Below, in pieces: positions 25,829 through 37,660 of a DNA stretch of 64,000 nucleotides. The notes below the pieces were generated by a model. The model was not told the DNA's origin and did no database searches. It worked only from the letters and a program-made list of their open reading frames with translations. Within the stretch, counting starts at the first letter, position 1. Each line of letters begins with the position of its first letter. The stretch comes from Callorhinchus milii (lineage: Eukaryota): assembly GCF_018977255.1 (NCBI RefSeq), contig NW_024704743.1, positions 39,186,001 through 39,250,000 of the forward strand, in the 5' to 3' direction. Position numbers and translations under genes: made by a program.

Positions 25829-27464
25829 TGAAATCTTTTCCATTACATATGCTCACAGGAAGACGGGAGGGGATGCTATGGGAAAGAACTCGATATGAAA
25901 AGATATTCATATATATTCATGAAAAATGAATCAGTAAAAAAATCAAAACATGGTCTCTAGACTCATCCTACTTCCATGCAACTTGTAGCCCCACATAATT
26001 GCAAAGCTCAAAAGTTTCCCAACATGAAAACCAATTGAAGGAAACAAACAAGGACTTGGTGTTTAGGCTAAATCGACTCTTGTCCTAACAATTTCCTTCT
26101 CTCCCTCCACCAAACACACTAAGTGCTATCAACAACCACTACAGTTGTCCACAAACCACCATTATTGCACTCCATAGATTATGTGTTGCACCATGAACAA
26201 GTATGTGCAAACTCTGCACTTTACCAAGAATGTTCATGTTGATAGCAGTAATATTGCAAAATATTTTCTTTTTATTAAAACTACATTGTCATTGGTTCAG
26301 GTGTGCAATAACTGTGGAGCAAGTGAAGATGTGTTTCAGATATTTGATATCAATTGAGGAACAAGTTTTCATAATACAAAGCCTTTCAATCATTATTATG
26401 TCTGGCTGATTGATTAATATTAGCAAATATCTAAGCTGTCTTTTTCTAGCCAACTCTTTTCAGTACATCAATTTCCTGCACATTATTGAACAACACTGCA
26501 GCCCTGCATTGAAAGATTAAACAATATGTGGTTTTCAGAGCATTATTTCTCATAGGAAATGAATGCCACTAAAACACATCCACTGCAATAGTACATTTAA
26601 GCCCATACTAATAGATTAAATGACATTAGGAGCCTAATGCTTTATTGATTATCCGAATATTAATCTTGCAATTTGATAAACTGACATCCAAATAGTATGA
26701 TGCATCATCCACAATCTTGCTCCACCCTACCTCTGAGAGCTCCTCGATCTGAAGCCCATCCAATTGGTTTCTTCTCACCTCCAACAAGACGTACCTCTTT
26801 GGTCATCTTTCCCTCCCAATTACCTTGGCTCCCACTCCCAGCTTGGGTGCCAAGTCAGACTATTAATTGTCTTTGGATGTCCTTCTGACATGAAAGGCGC
26901 TAGATAAATGCAAATTTGGATTGTATTGTATGGAAAATCACAGGTTGGAATCTAGATCCATTACTAATGTTCAGATGTAAGAAGTTTCACAGGTGAAATC
27001 TTTCCTATGTTGAAGACTAAGAATTCAGTGAACCATCGTTTGCCATAAGAATTTAACTTTGAATTGGATTATTTGCATTTTCCTGCATTAAAGCGGTGTA
27101 TGCTTGTTTCAGTATATATTTGATCTTAGTGATTTAGTTAAAGCTGCCATCATGTATCTGTCATTCACATTTTCTTCAGATTTAAAAAAAACTGTTATTC
27201 AATATTTATTCTTTATATATTTTAAAATATTTATTAGCAAACTGTAGTTTTGAAGTCAAAATCAACAGATCCCCCGTACCCACCAGATTTCACAATTAGT
27301 TCAACCCTTCAACTCCCATAATCATTTTCTTCAATAAGTTACTAAAATTCACACACAATGCAAGAAACTAATAACTTTATCTTCCGGACTATTATCTTTA
27401 GTCAACACTTGCTGGAACTCAAATTTATCTATTGTAATAATAATCTTTACATTTGACAGAGTCA

Positions 27465-27832
27465 CCGAAAGGATCGACTTCAAGATCCTCACACTCGTGT
27501 TTGAATCCATTCACTCTCTGGCACCTCCCTACCTCTACGACCTTCTCACTCCCCAATCCACCACCCGGTGCTTCCGTTTGACTGGCACCGGCCTCCTGCT
27601 CATCCTCGCACCCTCCGCCCCACCATTGGAGGTCGTGCTTTCAGCCACTACGCCCAAAACTCTGGAACGCTCTCCCTCTGCCTTGCCCCCTCTCTCCCCT
27701 TTCAAGTCCCACCTGAAAACTTTCCTCTTCAACCGTGCTTAGAGCCCCCTCCCCCGGAGTCAGGCTCCAACACTGTTGCTCTGAGATGCCGCCCTGCGTG
27801 GAGGGCGCTGTGTAGGAGCGAGTTGTCATTAT
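27465..27832 (+). mobile_element. L2 3' fragment
   Basis: RIDFKILTLVFESIHSLAPPYLYDLL..FKSHLKTFLFNRA. Confidence 0.88.
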
Positions 27833-28597
27833 TCCTACCACAACCCATTCCATATAAAAAAAAGTAATGCACATAGCACATGAACCGTAAGAATTAGACC
27901 TTTCAGTTCATATTGAAACAAAAATTTGATCCAATTTTATACAGTATAACTATTTTCCTGCCTGTTTAAATTCAATTTCCTCTCTCTTTCCTTCCTCCAT
28001 TATCTTCACCACATGCTTTATTGAGGTCTGGCCCAATAAATCCCAGTAAAGAAGAAACGTTAGACCAACTTTTCTGCAACACAATAACTGCAGGGAAAGG
28101 TGGTGAAGTGAAGAAGATAACCTTCTCACAAATTAATTAAGGCAAAAGAGTACTTTAACAGTTTGAACATGCAATATGTAGAGCCCTGAAGGAAGGACAA
28201 GATTGAGGTTGACTGTGGTAGTTGGGACGTTGTAAGACAAACGGGAAGGTGAAAATATAAATTAAACAGCACAAAAGCAGTGCAATGTAACCTAGAATAA
28301 AGTTGAACACGAAATAACGTAAAGGTTAAGGTTAAAATCAATTTTAGAATACATTGCGCAAACAATATTTGGACTTGTCTTGTGTTCTCTCCATGCTTCT
28401 TCAGCATAATCATCGAATGAGATTATTCTATTAAAAAAGAATTTAAAAAAAACATGCACTGCATCCAAAATCTATATTAAATGTTGAATGTGCTGAATCC
28501 GTTTTTAAAAAAATAAAAAGGGAAAAACATTGCACAGTTCTTGAAACTAACCTGAGTAGTCAGAGGAGGTTTTCTTTCAAAACAAGGTATGGGCTCC

Positions 28598-29026
28598 AAC
28601 CTACTATCCCCCTACCTACCTGCCCGTACCCTCCGTTCCTCTGGCTCTGGTCTGCTCCACGTCCCCCGCCCCAACCGCCCTACCATTGGTGGTCGGGCCT
28701 TCAGCCTCTCAGCCCCCAGGCTCTGGAACTCTATCCCCCAGTGCCTTCGCCGCTTCCTCCCTTTCCTCCTTCAAGGCCGGTCTCAAAACCTTTCTCTTTG
28801 ACCGTGCCTTCAGCTCCCCTCTCGACTCTCTTCCCCCTCCTCGCTCCCTCCCTTCCCTCCCCTCACCCTGACCATTTCCCCCCTCCTCGCTCCCTCCCTT
28901 CCCTCACCCTGACCATTTCCCCCCTGCTCGGGTCATGACCCAACTGTGCAGCGCCTTGGGACGTCCTCCTGACGTGAAAGGCGCTTTATAAATGGAATCT
29001 TGTTGTTGTTGTTGTTATTGTTGTTT
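28598..29026 (+). mobile_element. Young L2 3' end with two internal tandem units and (TTG)n tail
   Basis: PARTLRSSGSGLLHVPR..GGRAFSLSAPRLWNSIP..FKAGLKTFLFDRAF; near-identical to the 2878-3202 copy. Confidence 0.92.
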
Positions 29027-29532
29027 ATTTACAGAGTGAATGACACCTGCAATGCAACCGATTTCAATATTTAACTCTTGGGACACTTCTTGTCTGAGCA
29101 CAAAATAAATGGAACAAGAGTGTTCTGCGTGGAAGGGGGCTCAGGTGGAGGGGTGCAATGAGAAAAAAAATTGGTTGCACTCGATGAGCCTTGGATTGGA
29201 AACGGTTTGTGTGCTAAAGGGTACGTGTTCCTAAACTGGTCACCGCGTTGCGTTTGCGATGTGTGGAGGATTGCAGAAGGAGGGGAGAGGAGGGAGGGGA
29301 GAGGAGAGAGGGGAGGGAGGGAGGGGGGGAAACAAGAGTTTCCAGGGAGATGAGGGCTGATCTCTGCTCAGTCCACACATGCTCGTTGCCTGGTAACTTG
29401 CTGCCTCGGTGCAATTCCCCTCCAATTGCAACAAGGCAGGAAACCCACCCCCCCCCCACCCGCTCAGCCTGAGAGATAGCAATATTGGACAGATCTGCGA
29501 TCGGTCACATAACTCAAGGGAGCAGGCGTGCG

Positions 29533-29668
29533 ATGAACTCGCAGCGAAACCCTGCACTGGAACTAATACAACCCTCCAACTCTTCACCCAGCGAAGCTGC
29601 AGCCGAACCTCTGCCTCCTCGCCAAAGCCACACAACACGCGGTTCATCATCGGATCGATTGCACTCTG
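29533..29668 (+). CDS. Candidate first (possibly coding) exon of an unidentified gene: MNSQRNPALELIQPSNSSPSEAAAEPLPPRQSHTTRGSSSDRLHS, phase-1 end
   Basis: ATG with purine at -3 inside the CpG-rich region, open frame to a consensus donor CTG|GTGAGT at 29669 followed by T-rich and microsatellite sequence. It could equally be 5' UTR. Confidence 0.4.
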
Positions 29669-29766
29669 GTGAGTTATGTTCTTTCTTTTTGTTCTTTTTC
29701 TTTTTTGCAAAAAAAAAAAATCCAAAGGAACTAAACGTCAGGGGTAAAACGAAAGACGAAGCAGAG

Positions 29767-29894
29767 CTGTGTGTGTGTGTGGGTGGGTGTGGGTGGGTGT
29801 GTGTGGGTGGGGTGGGATGGGGTGTGGGGGGGTTCTGGCTCTGTCAAATCTTGCAAATCGAAAGAGAGAGAGAGAGAGAGAGTGAGTGTGTGTG
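29767..29894. repeat. (GT)n / (GGGT)n / (GA)n microsatellite cluster
   Basis: Directly visible. Confidence 0.95.
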
Positions 29895-30781
29895 ATCTTT
29901 GCATTAAAAAGCCTGAATTATTATGATGATTATCGTTAGCATTGGGTTTCAGGTGCAGTGTTTGGTCAGCGAAGGCTTTTCCGACAGTGTGTTGCAGAGG
30001 GCGCTCGAGCTTTGGCAGTGTTACACTGCACAGTGCAGACAGGCGAGAGACATTGGGTGTGTTCAGCAGTCACTGCTGCTTTATTTTGACAAGAGGTTCG
30101 TCCCCCCCCACCACCCAGAAATTAACACGCACACAAGTTAATGGGGGGGGGGGGGGAATAAAGCAGTCTTTCTTGCATTTCTCGTTGTATCCCCTTGTTT
30201 GCTGTCCACTCAATATTAAAAAAAACGACCACAGCGTCGGATGCGCATTTTAATGCATTGAAATGCATTAATTCGCTGCAGCTTTTTGACACTCGAAAAA
30301 TACAACGTGTTGAATGGAAACACAGAGCTCGGATTAAAGGAGGGAGTGGGGAGTAGGGGGGTGGTGGGGGGGGGGTCGGCAATGCAAATCCATTGCATTT
30401 GTTAGTTGGTTTATACAGCCTGATCCATCCGCCTGGTACAAGATGTCAGGGGTGCAGTTAAAATGCCACTCGGGGGGGTTTTATTCCGAGCAAAACGACT
30501 GGAAAAAGCGACAGCGTCTCTAAAATAAATAGTGTGTGTGTCTGTGTGTTGTGTGTTGTGTTTTTTTTCCCCAATTGGGAAGTGTAAGTGCTCAAAATGG
30601 AGCACGTGATGGTGGTCCCATCCCAGTCCCGCTCACAGCGCCATCCTATAGCTAAGGATATTATTTTACAAATGGGTTAAGGTTGGACTCGGCTGCTGCC
30701 CACACTCAGGCGAAATGCAGCGGCAGTAGAGGAGCGCCAGCGTGCAGTCAGCTCTCCACCGAGTTAGCAGGGAGGCGAGGA

Positions 30782-31431
30782 GCTCAGCCCAGCACAGCCC
30801 AGCACAGCACACACAGCTCACACAGCTCAGCTCACACAGCACAGCTCACACAGCACACACAGCACACACAGCCCAGCACAGCTCACACAGCCCAGCACAG
30901 CTCACACAGCCCAGCACAGCTCACACAGCTCAGCACAGCTCACACAGCCCAGCACAGCTCACACAGCTCAGCTCACACAGCACACACAGCCCAGCACAGC
31001 TCACACAGCCCAGTCCAGCACACACAGCCCAGCACAGCTCACACAGCTCACACAGCACAGCTCAGCTCACACAGCTCAGCTCACACAGCACAGCACACAC
31101 AGCTCAGCACAGCTCACACAGCCCAGCACAGCACACACAGCTCAGCACAGCTCACACAGCCCAGCACAGCTCACACAGCCCAGCACAGCTCACACAGCCC
31201 AGCACAGCTCACACAGCTCAGCACAGCTCACACAGCCCAGCTCACACAGCTCAGCTCACACAGCACAGCACACACAGCTCAGCACAGCTCACACAGCCCA
31301 GCACAGCTCACACAGCTCAGCCCAGCACAGCACACACAGCTCAGCACACTCAGCACAGCTCAGCACACCCAGCACAGCACACTCAGCACACCCAGCTCAG
31401 CCCAGCACAGCACACCCAGCTCAGCACAGCC
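30782..31431. repeat. ~650-bp compound minisatellite built from CAGCC/CAGCA/CAGCT/CACA modules (dominant unit cagcccagcacagctcaca, 19 bp)
   Basis: Directly visible tandem structure. Confidence 0.95.
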
Positions 31432-31521
31432 TGAGCTAATCAACTCACCCACTAACACACTCACTCACTCACTCACTGTCGGGGAGATCCGCCACAGCAG
31501 AGACAGCCACCGGAGCAACCG
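31432..31521 (+). other. Candidate alternative non-coding first exon (3' part)
   Basis: CpG-containing unique segment ending in CCG|GTAAGA (31522), followed by G-rich intron-like sequence. The 5' boundary is unknown. Confidence 0.4.
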
Positions 31522-31549
31522 GTAAGATAGGGATAACGGGAGGGAGAGG

Positions 31550-31976
31550 GGTGAGTGGGTGGGTGCTGTGGGGTGTGTGTGTGTGGGGGGGGGGGGGTGT
31601 TGGGGGGTGGGGGTGTGTGTGTTGGGGGGTGGGGGGGGGGGGGGTGAGGGGGGCATTTAACATCTTGTGGGTGTGGGTGTGTCTCCCTCGATGTGCAGTT
31701 TATTGCTCCCGCTGTTGGGGCGAGTGCGAGACAGAGAGAGACAGAGAGAGACAGAGACAGAGGAAAAAAACACTTCAAAGCAAAAAAAAAAGCGACGACT
31801 TGTGCTGTTTGTGGGGGGAACACACATTGTGCAGAGAGAGGAGAGGAGAGGAGAGGACCTGCTTTGACTGTGTTTATTCTTGTGTTATTTCTGTGTTGTA
31901 TGTGGGGCTGTAGTGACCAGACTCTTGATGTGCAGAGGATGTGTGTGTGGGTGTGTGTGTGTGTGTGGGTGTGTGT

Positions 31977-32008
<32 letters not shown>

Positions 32009-32010
32009 GA
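31550..32010. repeat. G-runs, (GT)n, (GAGACA)n and an adjacent (GT)n/(AC)n microsatellite pair
   Basis: Directly visible. Confidence 0.9.
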
Positions 32011-34854
32011 CTCCTTATTTGAGATCTGCGAGTCTCTGGGCTTTTCCTTTCAGATTACTGTTTGAAACGTCTCGTTTTTTTTAAAAAAATAAATCAAATC
32101 AAAGAAAAGAAATAAAAAAAATGAAAAAAAAAAATTCAGCTTTTCCTACATAAGATATTGTGAGATGATGGTGGTGGTGGTGGTAGTGGTGATGGTGATG
32201 ATGATCCCAAAGAAGAAAGAAAGGGTGGGGTGGGGTGAGGGTCAACAAGTCGATCCAGTGAAATGTCCAGTCTGTCACAGATGAGGTGAGAGAGAGAGAG
32301 AAAGAAAGAAGGAAAGAAAGAAAGAAAGAAAGAGGGGGAGAGAGAGAGAGGAACATTGTTTCAGGGTGCAGCATATGTTGGTGCAGCATATGTTGGTCTT
32401 GTTTTATCCCAAATATCTTATCAAACGTATAATGCGAACAGATCCAATCTGTTTGATCGACTCAAAATAATGCTCTTATTTTTTTCCCCCCCTATTGTAT
32501 CTGAAGCCATTCCGGATTATTACTGACAGCCACTCTGCTATGTTGTTTAACCTCTTTAAAACATCTCAACCCTTTTATTTTTTGGGGGGGGTGGGGTGGG
32601 GGGGGGGGGTGTATTTTAGACCCTGGGACAATTTTTGGGGGGGAGGGTGGGGAGGGGAGTGGTGGTGGTGGGGGTGGGGAGTGGTAGTGATGGGGAAACA
32701 TGACTTATTTTGTGAGACCATTCCTTGAGATGCAGTCTGGAGTCGGGTTGCCTTGTGATGTTGTCAGGGAATACACAAATGTTTGCAATGGCGATGGTCC
32801 GCCGAGGAAGAGACTGACTGACTTGCCTGCGACGTCTCGACACGGCTGGTTTGCTGAAACCTGCGGGTTTTGTTTTAAACCATCCCGATAAAAGAATGTA
32901 CAGTGAGGGATCAGCATCCTTCAGGTCGAGCACATCTGGAAACATTGTGCTTGGCTGCCTGCCTGGGGGGGGTGCACAGATCATCTGTTTTCTTAAAGGT
33001 GGGGGTGGGGGGAAACTGCACAGATCATCTGTTTTCTTGATGGTGGGGGGGGAACGGAATGCACATTGTAATGAAATTATTGCAGATTTTGCAGATTCAC
33101 TGACTGGTTGGTTCAGTTTTTTTTGAGGGGTGGGGGTGGTGGTGGTGGGGGGGGGGGTTGTTGGGGCTTCAAATGCATTCATTGCCTCATCTCTTAGAAG
33201 CCTTTACGACCTGAAGCAAGGCACAATCCCAGTGGAATAGCATTTCAGCATCAATTGCTGAAGCCATACGTGTGGAGACTGCAGTGGGGCAGAGCTGCTC
33301 CTTTCCTTTGTTTCCTCCTGACGCATGCGCCACAGCGCAGGGTGTGGGGAGAAAGGGAGACAGAAAGCATCTCCATACATCAGTCACACTGTCATCTCTG
33401 TCCTGTCAATTGAACACCAGCAAATCTTACCTGATTTAAAGCCCGTTCCACGTTTGGCACCAGTTTCCGAAACGGTGCATGTGTGTGACGATGCACTGGT
33501 CCATGGGGGCAGGTGGGTGGGTGGGCGAGCGAGCGAAGGGTGGCTTCACATTTGTCCGAGTGTTCATAGAACCAGTTACCTGTGATCTGATCTGATTTTT
33601 TTTTGCTTCTTCTTCTTGTGAAGAAAAAGAACACTGCAGAAATAATCAGGTGGAGGACAAAACGTAGGAAGCGGAAGGGTTGAGCACAGACAAGCCTAGA
33701 GATGTAGTCTGGCGTCAAGTGAAACATTCCAGTTTGTGAGAGCTTCAGGCAAGCGAATCACTGTAGGTGTATCTTTATATATGGAATAGCTGTTCGGAAT
33801 CCATTTTGAAGCACTCCTCGTTTGCTACTGAACATTTCAACAAAATGCTCATTGTTTGTTGTGCACAGACTAATGTGCAAAGAATATTAAAGCAATCGTA
33901 TTCATACTTATTTGATTTTGATGGTGTAAATGTGAGTGCAGCCTTGCTGCTCAGAATGAAAAGGTAGGTGTGCCTGTGACATGCCCTTTGTCTGTCTTCA
34001 TTTCTAGGCTTGTGCATTATCACAGCTGGGAGTCTGCATGTGTTTTAAGGCATTTTATGGTGTAGTTCATATGAACTATGCAGTTCATAGTAATGAGCAG
34101 CCTCAAGGTGCTTTGGTTCTTAGCTGTATGTGGGACCTTGCTATGTATAATTTTGCATTTGGTTACAAATACGACATGTAGTACTACACTTGTCTCCACA
34201 CTTCATAACAATTGACTGTGAAACGCTTTAAGAAAATTCAACATTGAAGCTGCTATATCAAGTGCAAGGATTGTTATGGTTCATCATTTAAAATCCTGAA
34301 AGGTGATCATTATTGTTCCACAGAAAGCAGGTGAATAAAATGAATCTGACTTGCAATGTCTTGCTGCACAAGCCACATCAATGGGTGTGTGCACAACATG
34401 GGGGAAAAAAACCTGGCTAAGAACAGCGACAGTGTCTGTTAACCGATTTTAATTGAAATGATTTATGGTCTGCCCCTCGTTCATTGTTTTTCCTGTTCCC
34501 TTTTCCTCCACAAATATTGCTTTTTTTAAACCTTTCCACCCACCCCCAAAATTATAATCCCAACAGTGAATAAATTCCCTTAAGAAGTTTCCTATTATGT
34601 GCTATTGAATATACATACCAGTGTAGTGATCCATTCACCTTTCATTCAATTCAGTCTGGTTTCTTGTGCATCTGAAGACAGGACCATTGTCACCATGGCA
34701 AGCACTAGGATTAAACTAGTGCTGTGACTCATTCAGCCTCATGTTATCCACTGTGTTCATGAGGTAAGTGGAGTTTCCTTGGAGCTGAACTGGTTCCAAG
34801 GTGACAGACCTGGCTATGGATTGTCAGAATCGAGCCAGACCTCAGTGGCAGTTT

Positions 34855-35362
34855 CAATAGTCCGGTTCCTGAGCCAGGCGGGTCCACTGTATTCCAGGGC
34901 ACTGCTGATGACAGCACAGCCAGGCTGGCTCATTGGCAGGACCTGGAAGGGTAGACCAGTCACCTGGGGGCAGGGAGTCATCTCACTCAGCTCCCGTTAA
35001 CCCTGCAAACCAAAGCCCGAATGGGTAGGGTGACCCTAGCTGGACAAGCAGCAGGAAAGTTTGCCAGAAAGCAATATTAATGGAAAGCTATGTTGTTTTA
35101 CCTGGTTAGACATCAGCAGTACCCCAACACACACTCTGGGGTCCCCAAGTCTTGGCTCTTGCCAACCTGCACCTAATACTTTCCGGAATTAGGTAAGGAG
35201 GATGCGTCCCTCCAGGGAGAGAGTGCGCATTCCATTCCAACAGTATCTCTGGGATTTCCATGTGTAGGTGTGATGCATGGAAATCTCAGCTTGGTTTGAA
35301 TACTCGTAAGCAAAGTGATGGGTTTCCACACGTGTCAGACACTCGTCTGACCCCCAAAAAAG
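34855..35362 (+). repeat. Unclassified ~500-bp interspersed repeat, copy 1
   Basis: Collinear similarity to 54265-54767 (+), ~46680-46990 (-) and the 3' piece at ~19205-19277. Confidence 0.8.
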
Positions 35363-36759
35363 AAAAATCACTGTGTCCAGCTCTTCAAAATGATCTTATC
35401 ATAGCTTCAATTAACTGACACTAAATTTGGAAATCTGCATTCACTGTGTATCGTTTCCAAATAGCTTCACATTAGCTTCAAAAATGTGGTTAATAAGCAT
35501 TGCATTTATGTTTTTTAATGCTTTGTGAGTAAGGCAAAGCATAGCTGACTCAACATGGATGGAATCTGTGGGTTATAGATGATGACATGCCTTTCAAGTC
35601 GACTTGGAGGAAGTGAAAGAGAAATGGGCAACAATCTTGGTCTTGTGACATGAGCAAGGAAATGCTGCACCGCACATCAATGGAGGAACTACAAAGCAGT
35701 ACTTCATGTGCCAAGAATAAAAGCTGTATGACAACTCTTGGACAAGAAAACTTTTAATGGCAACATTAAGGGAAAGTTATAAAAAAGAACTATAAATTAA
35801 GTGAACTCCCAAACGTTCAAGAACCAAACCCATTGATCCATGTCATCCACTGACCTTCTTTGAACTGAGTGTAGTGTAGGGAATGGCATAAGTTGTATTT
35901 TTTTTACTGTAGAAGTTTATAAATCCAATTGCCATCAATAACTAAGCGAATTATATAATATTGCCCAGCAAAATAACCGTATTGTTGTTGGCTATCCACA
36001 ACATTGTGAAACTTCTGACAATTCTTGCTACATGTATCTACCTGGTGGTGAAGTCACAGGGAGCAATACTTTTGCCTTCTTCTTAAAATTCCACCCTTGC
36101 CACAGTAGTCTCCGACTATGAAATAATCTTGGCCTATTAAATTATTATGAAGTTTGAAATCTTAAATGCACCTGTCTACTGCGATATTGAAGAGATTTGG
36201 CTGGGCTGGTAGACCTTGACAAGGCGTGACTGGAGAGGTGTCACAAGAGTTATTTATGTTCGTGAAATAAATTAAAAGGGATCTTGCCTTGACACGTCAA
36301 CGTTCCAGATCAAACCACACAATGCACATTAATAACCCAATTTGTCCACTTCTCATGTGCTCTAGCAGCGACTAGAAGGGTCAGCTTCATGAGGTATCTT
36401 CTTGCAGTGAAGCTTCCTGTATTTCCTATCTATACAGTGCCATTGTCTAGAATTCAGTCTCTTTCATGCAGCTGTTGAAACACAGTATAGAGTTAACAGC
36501 ATTCGCTGAGTCTGCTGAAACATTAATTAAACAATAGAAAATCTGTGACTTGCCCATTAATAACCCAATTAGTCTACGTTTCATGTGCTCTCAGCGACAA
36601 GCAGGGTCAGCTTGCTGAGGTATCCATTCTATTACAGTTGTATGCCATGGTGAAACTGCACACTGTTCCAGCATCTAGAACAAAAAAAGCAGAATTAATC
36701 AATTCGTTTTAACAAACCTTTCCAATAACACTGTAGGGTTTTTCATCACTGTGGTCTGA

Positions 36760-37660
36760 TTTGTGATGCTTATTAATGGGATTGCTTCCTGTTACAATTC
36801 CCATTCCGATTGGAAAACTCTGCTCTGGAGATAGATTCTATTCTAAGGCTCCAGATCCCTTTTTCTCATTAACATGTTCTCTCTCAATGATATCATTCAC
36901 AAATATGGGGATGGTACCCAAATCTATTTTTCTCCTCCAATTGCAACCCTAGTCTTACTGCTGTTCTGAATGCTTGAATGTCTGATGCCAAAGCCTGGAT
37001 GAATGCCAACTTTCTGCAGCTGAACATGAACAAGACAAAAGCCATCCTTCTTGGCTCCTATTAATGACTTCTTACCTGTGGCTCTGAACACCTCAATCTT
37101 CCTTGCTTAGCCCTTAGACTCTCCAAACTTGTCGGCAACCTTGGTGTCAGGTTTGATCTCCAGTTATCCTTCCTTCCCCACATCCTACCCCTGACCAGGA
37201 CTGCCTTCCTCCACTTCCAGCACATTGCCAATCTTTGCCCCTATCTTTCTTCAAAATAACTGCTGAAATTCTCATTCATGCTTTCATCATCACCTCCCGC
37301 CTTGATTTTTTCAATGCACTCTGCGCTGGTCTTCCCAGCTCTACCATTAACAAGGTTCAAATGATTGAAAAGTCTACTGCTTGTGTCCTCACCCAGGCTC
37401 TGCACCCCCTTCACTCTAGTTCTTGCCAGGCTCTACTGGCTCACTGTTGCACAACGGAACAATTTCAAGATCCTCACTCTCACTTTTGAATCTCTTCACT
37501 CTCTGACAATTTCCGACCTCTTCGATCTCCTTGCACCCCACTCTTCTACCCATTGGCTTCATTCAGCTGGCTTGGGTCTTCAGACGTTCCTTGTTCCTGC
37601 TAGTTCACAATTGGTGGCTGTGTTGTCCCCAGCCACTATGCTATGAATGTCTGGAGCTCC
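36760..37660 (+). mobile_element. Degraded L2 ORF2 fragment
   Basis: KAWMNANFLQLNMNKTKAIL, AFIITSRLDFFNAL, LYWLTVAQRNNFKILTLTF. Confidence 0.9.

Larger units (their letters stand above)
29180..30800. promoter_or_regulatory. CpG-enriched putative promoter / CpG island
   Basis: Marked local CpG excess (ccgcgttgcgtttgcg, gcgatcgg, gcgtgcgatg, agcgtcggatgcgc) against a CpG-poor background; no transposons; purine and G tracts. Confidence 0.7.

Noticed and set aside
29409..29672. HNTRFIIGSIAL resembles the acetyl-CoA carboxylase N-terminus (HSRFIIGSV)
   Set aside because: Only a short match, no ATG in frame, and no following acidic SEDNSEDE segment; likely coincidence.
30782..31431. CRISPR-like array
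   Set aside because: No unique spacers and no cas genes; vertebrate tandem repeat.
30683..31525. 280-aa and 230-aa His/Thr/Gln/Ala-rich ORFs as a protein gene
   Set aside because: Non-ATG starts. Openness is a by-product of a repeat that cannot contain stop codons on this strand.
32099..32389. Poly-His ORF
   Set aside because: Translation of (TGG/TGA)n and (GAAA)n microsatellites.
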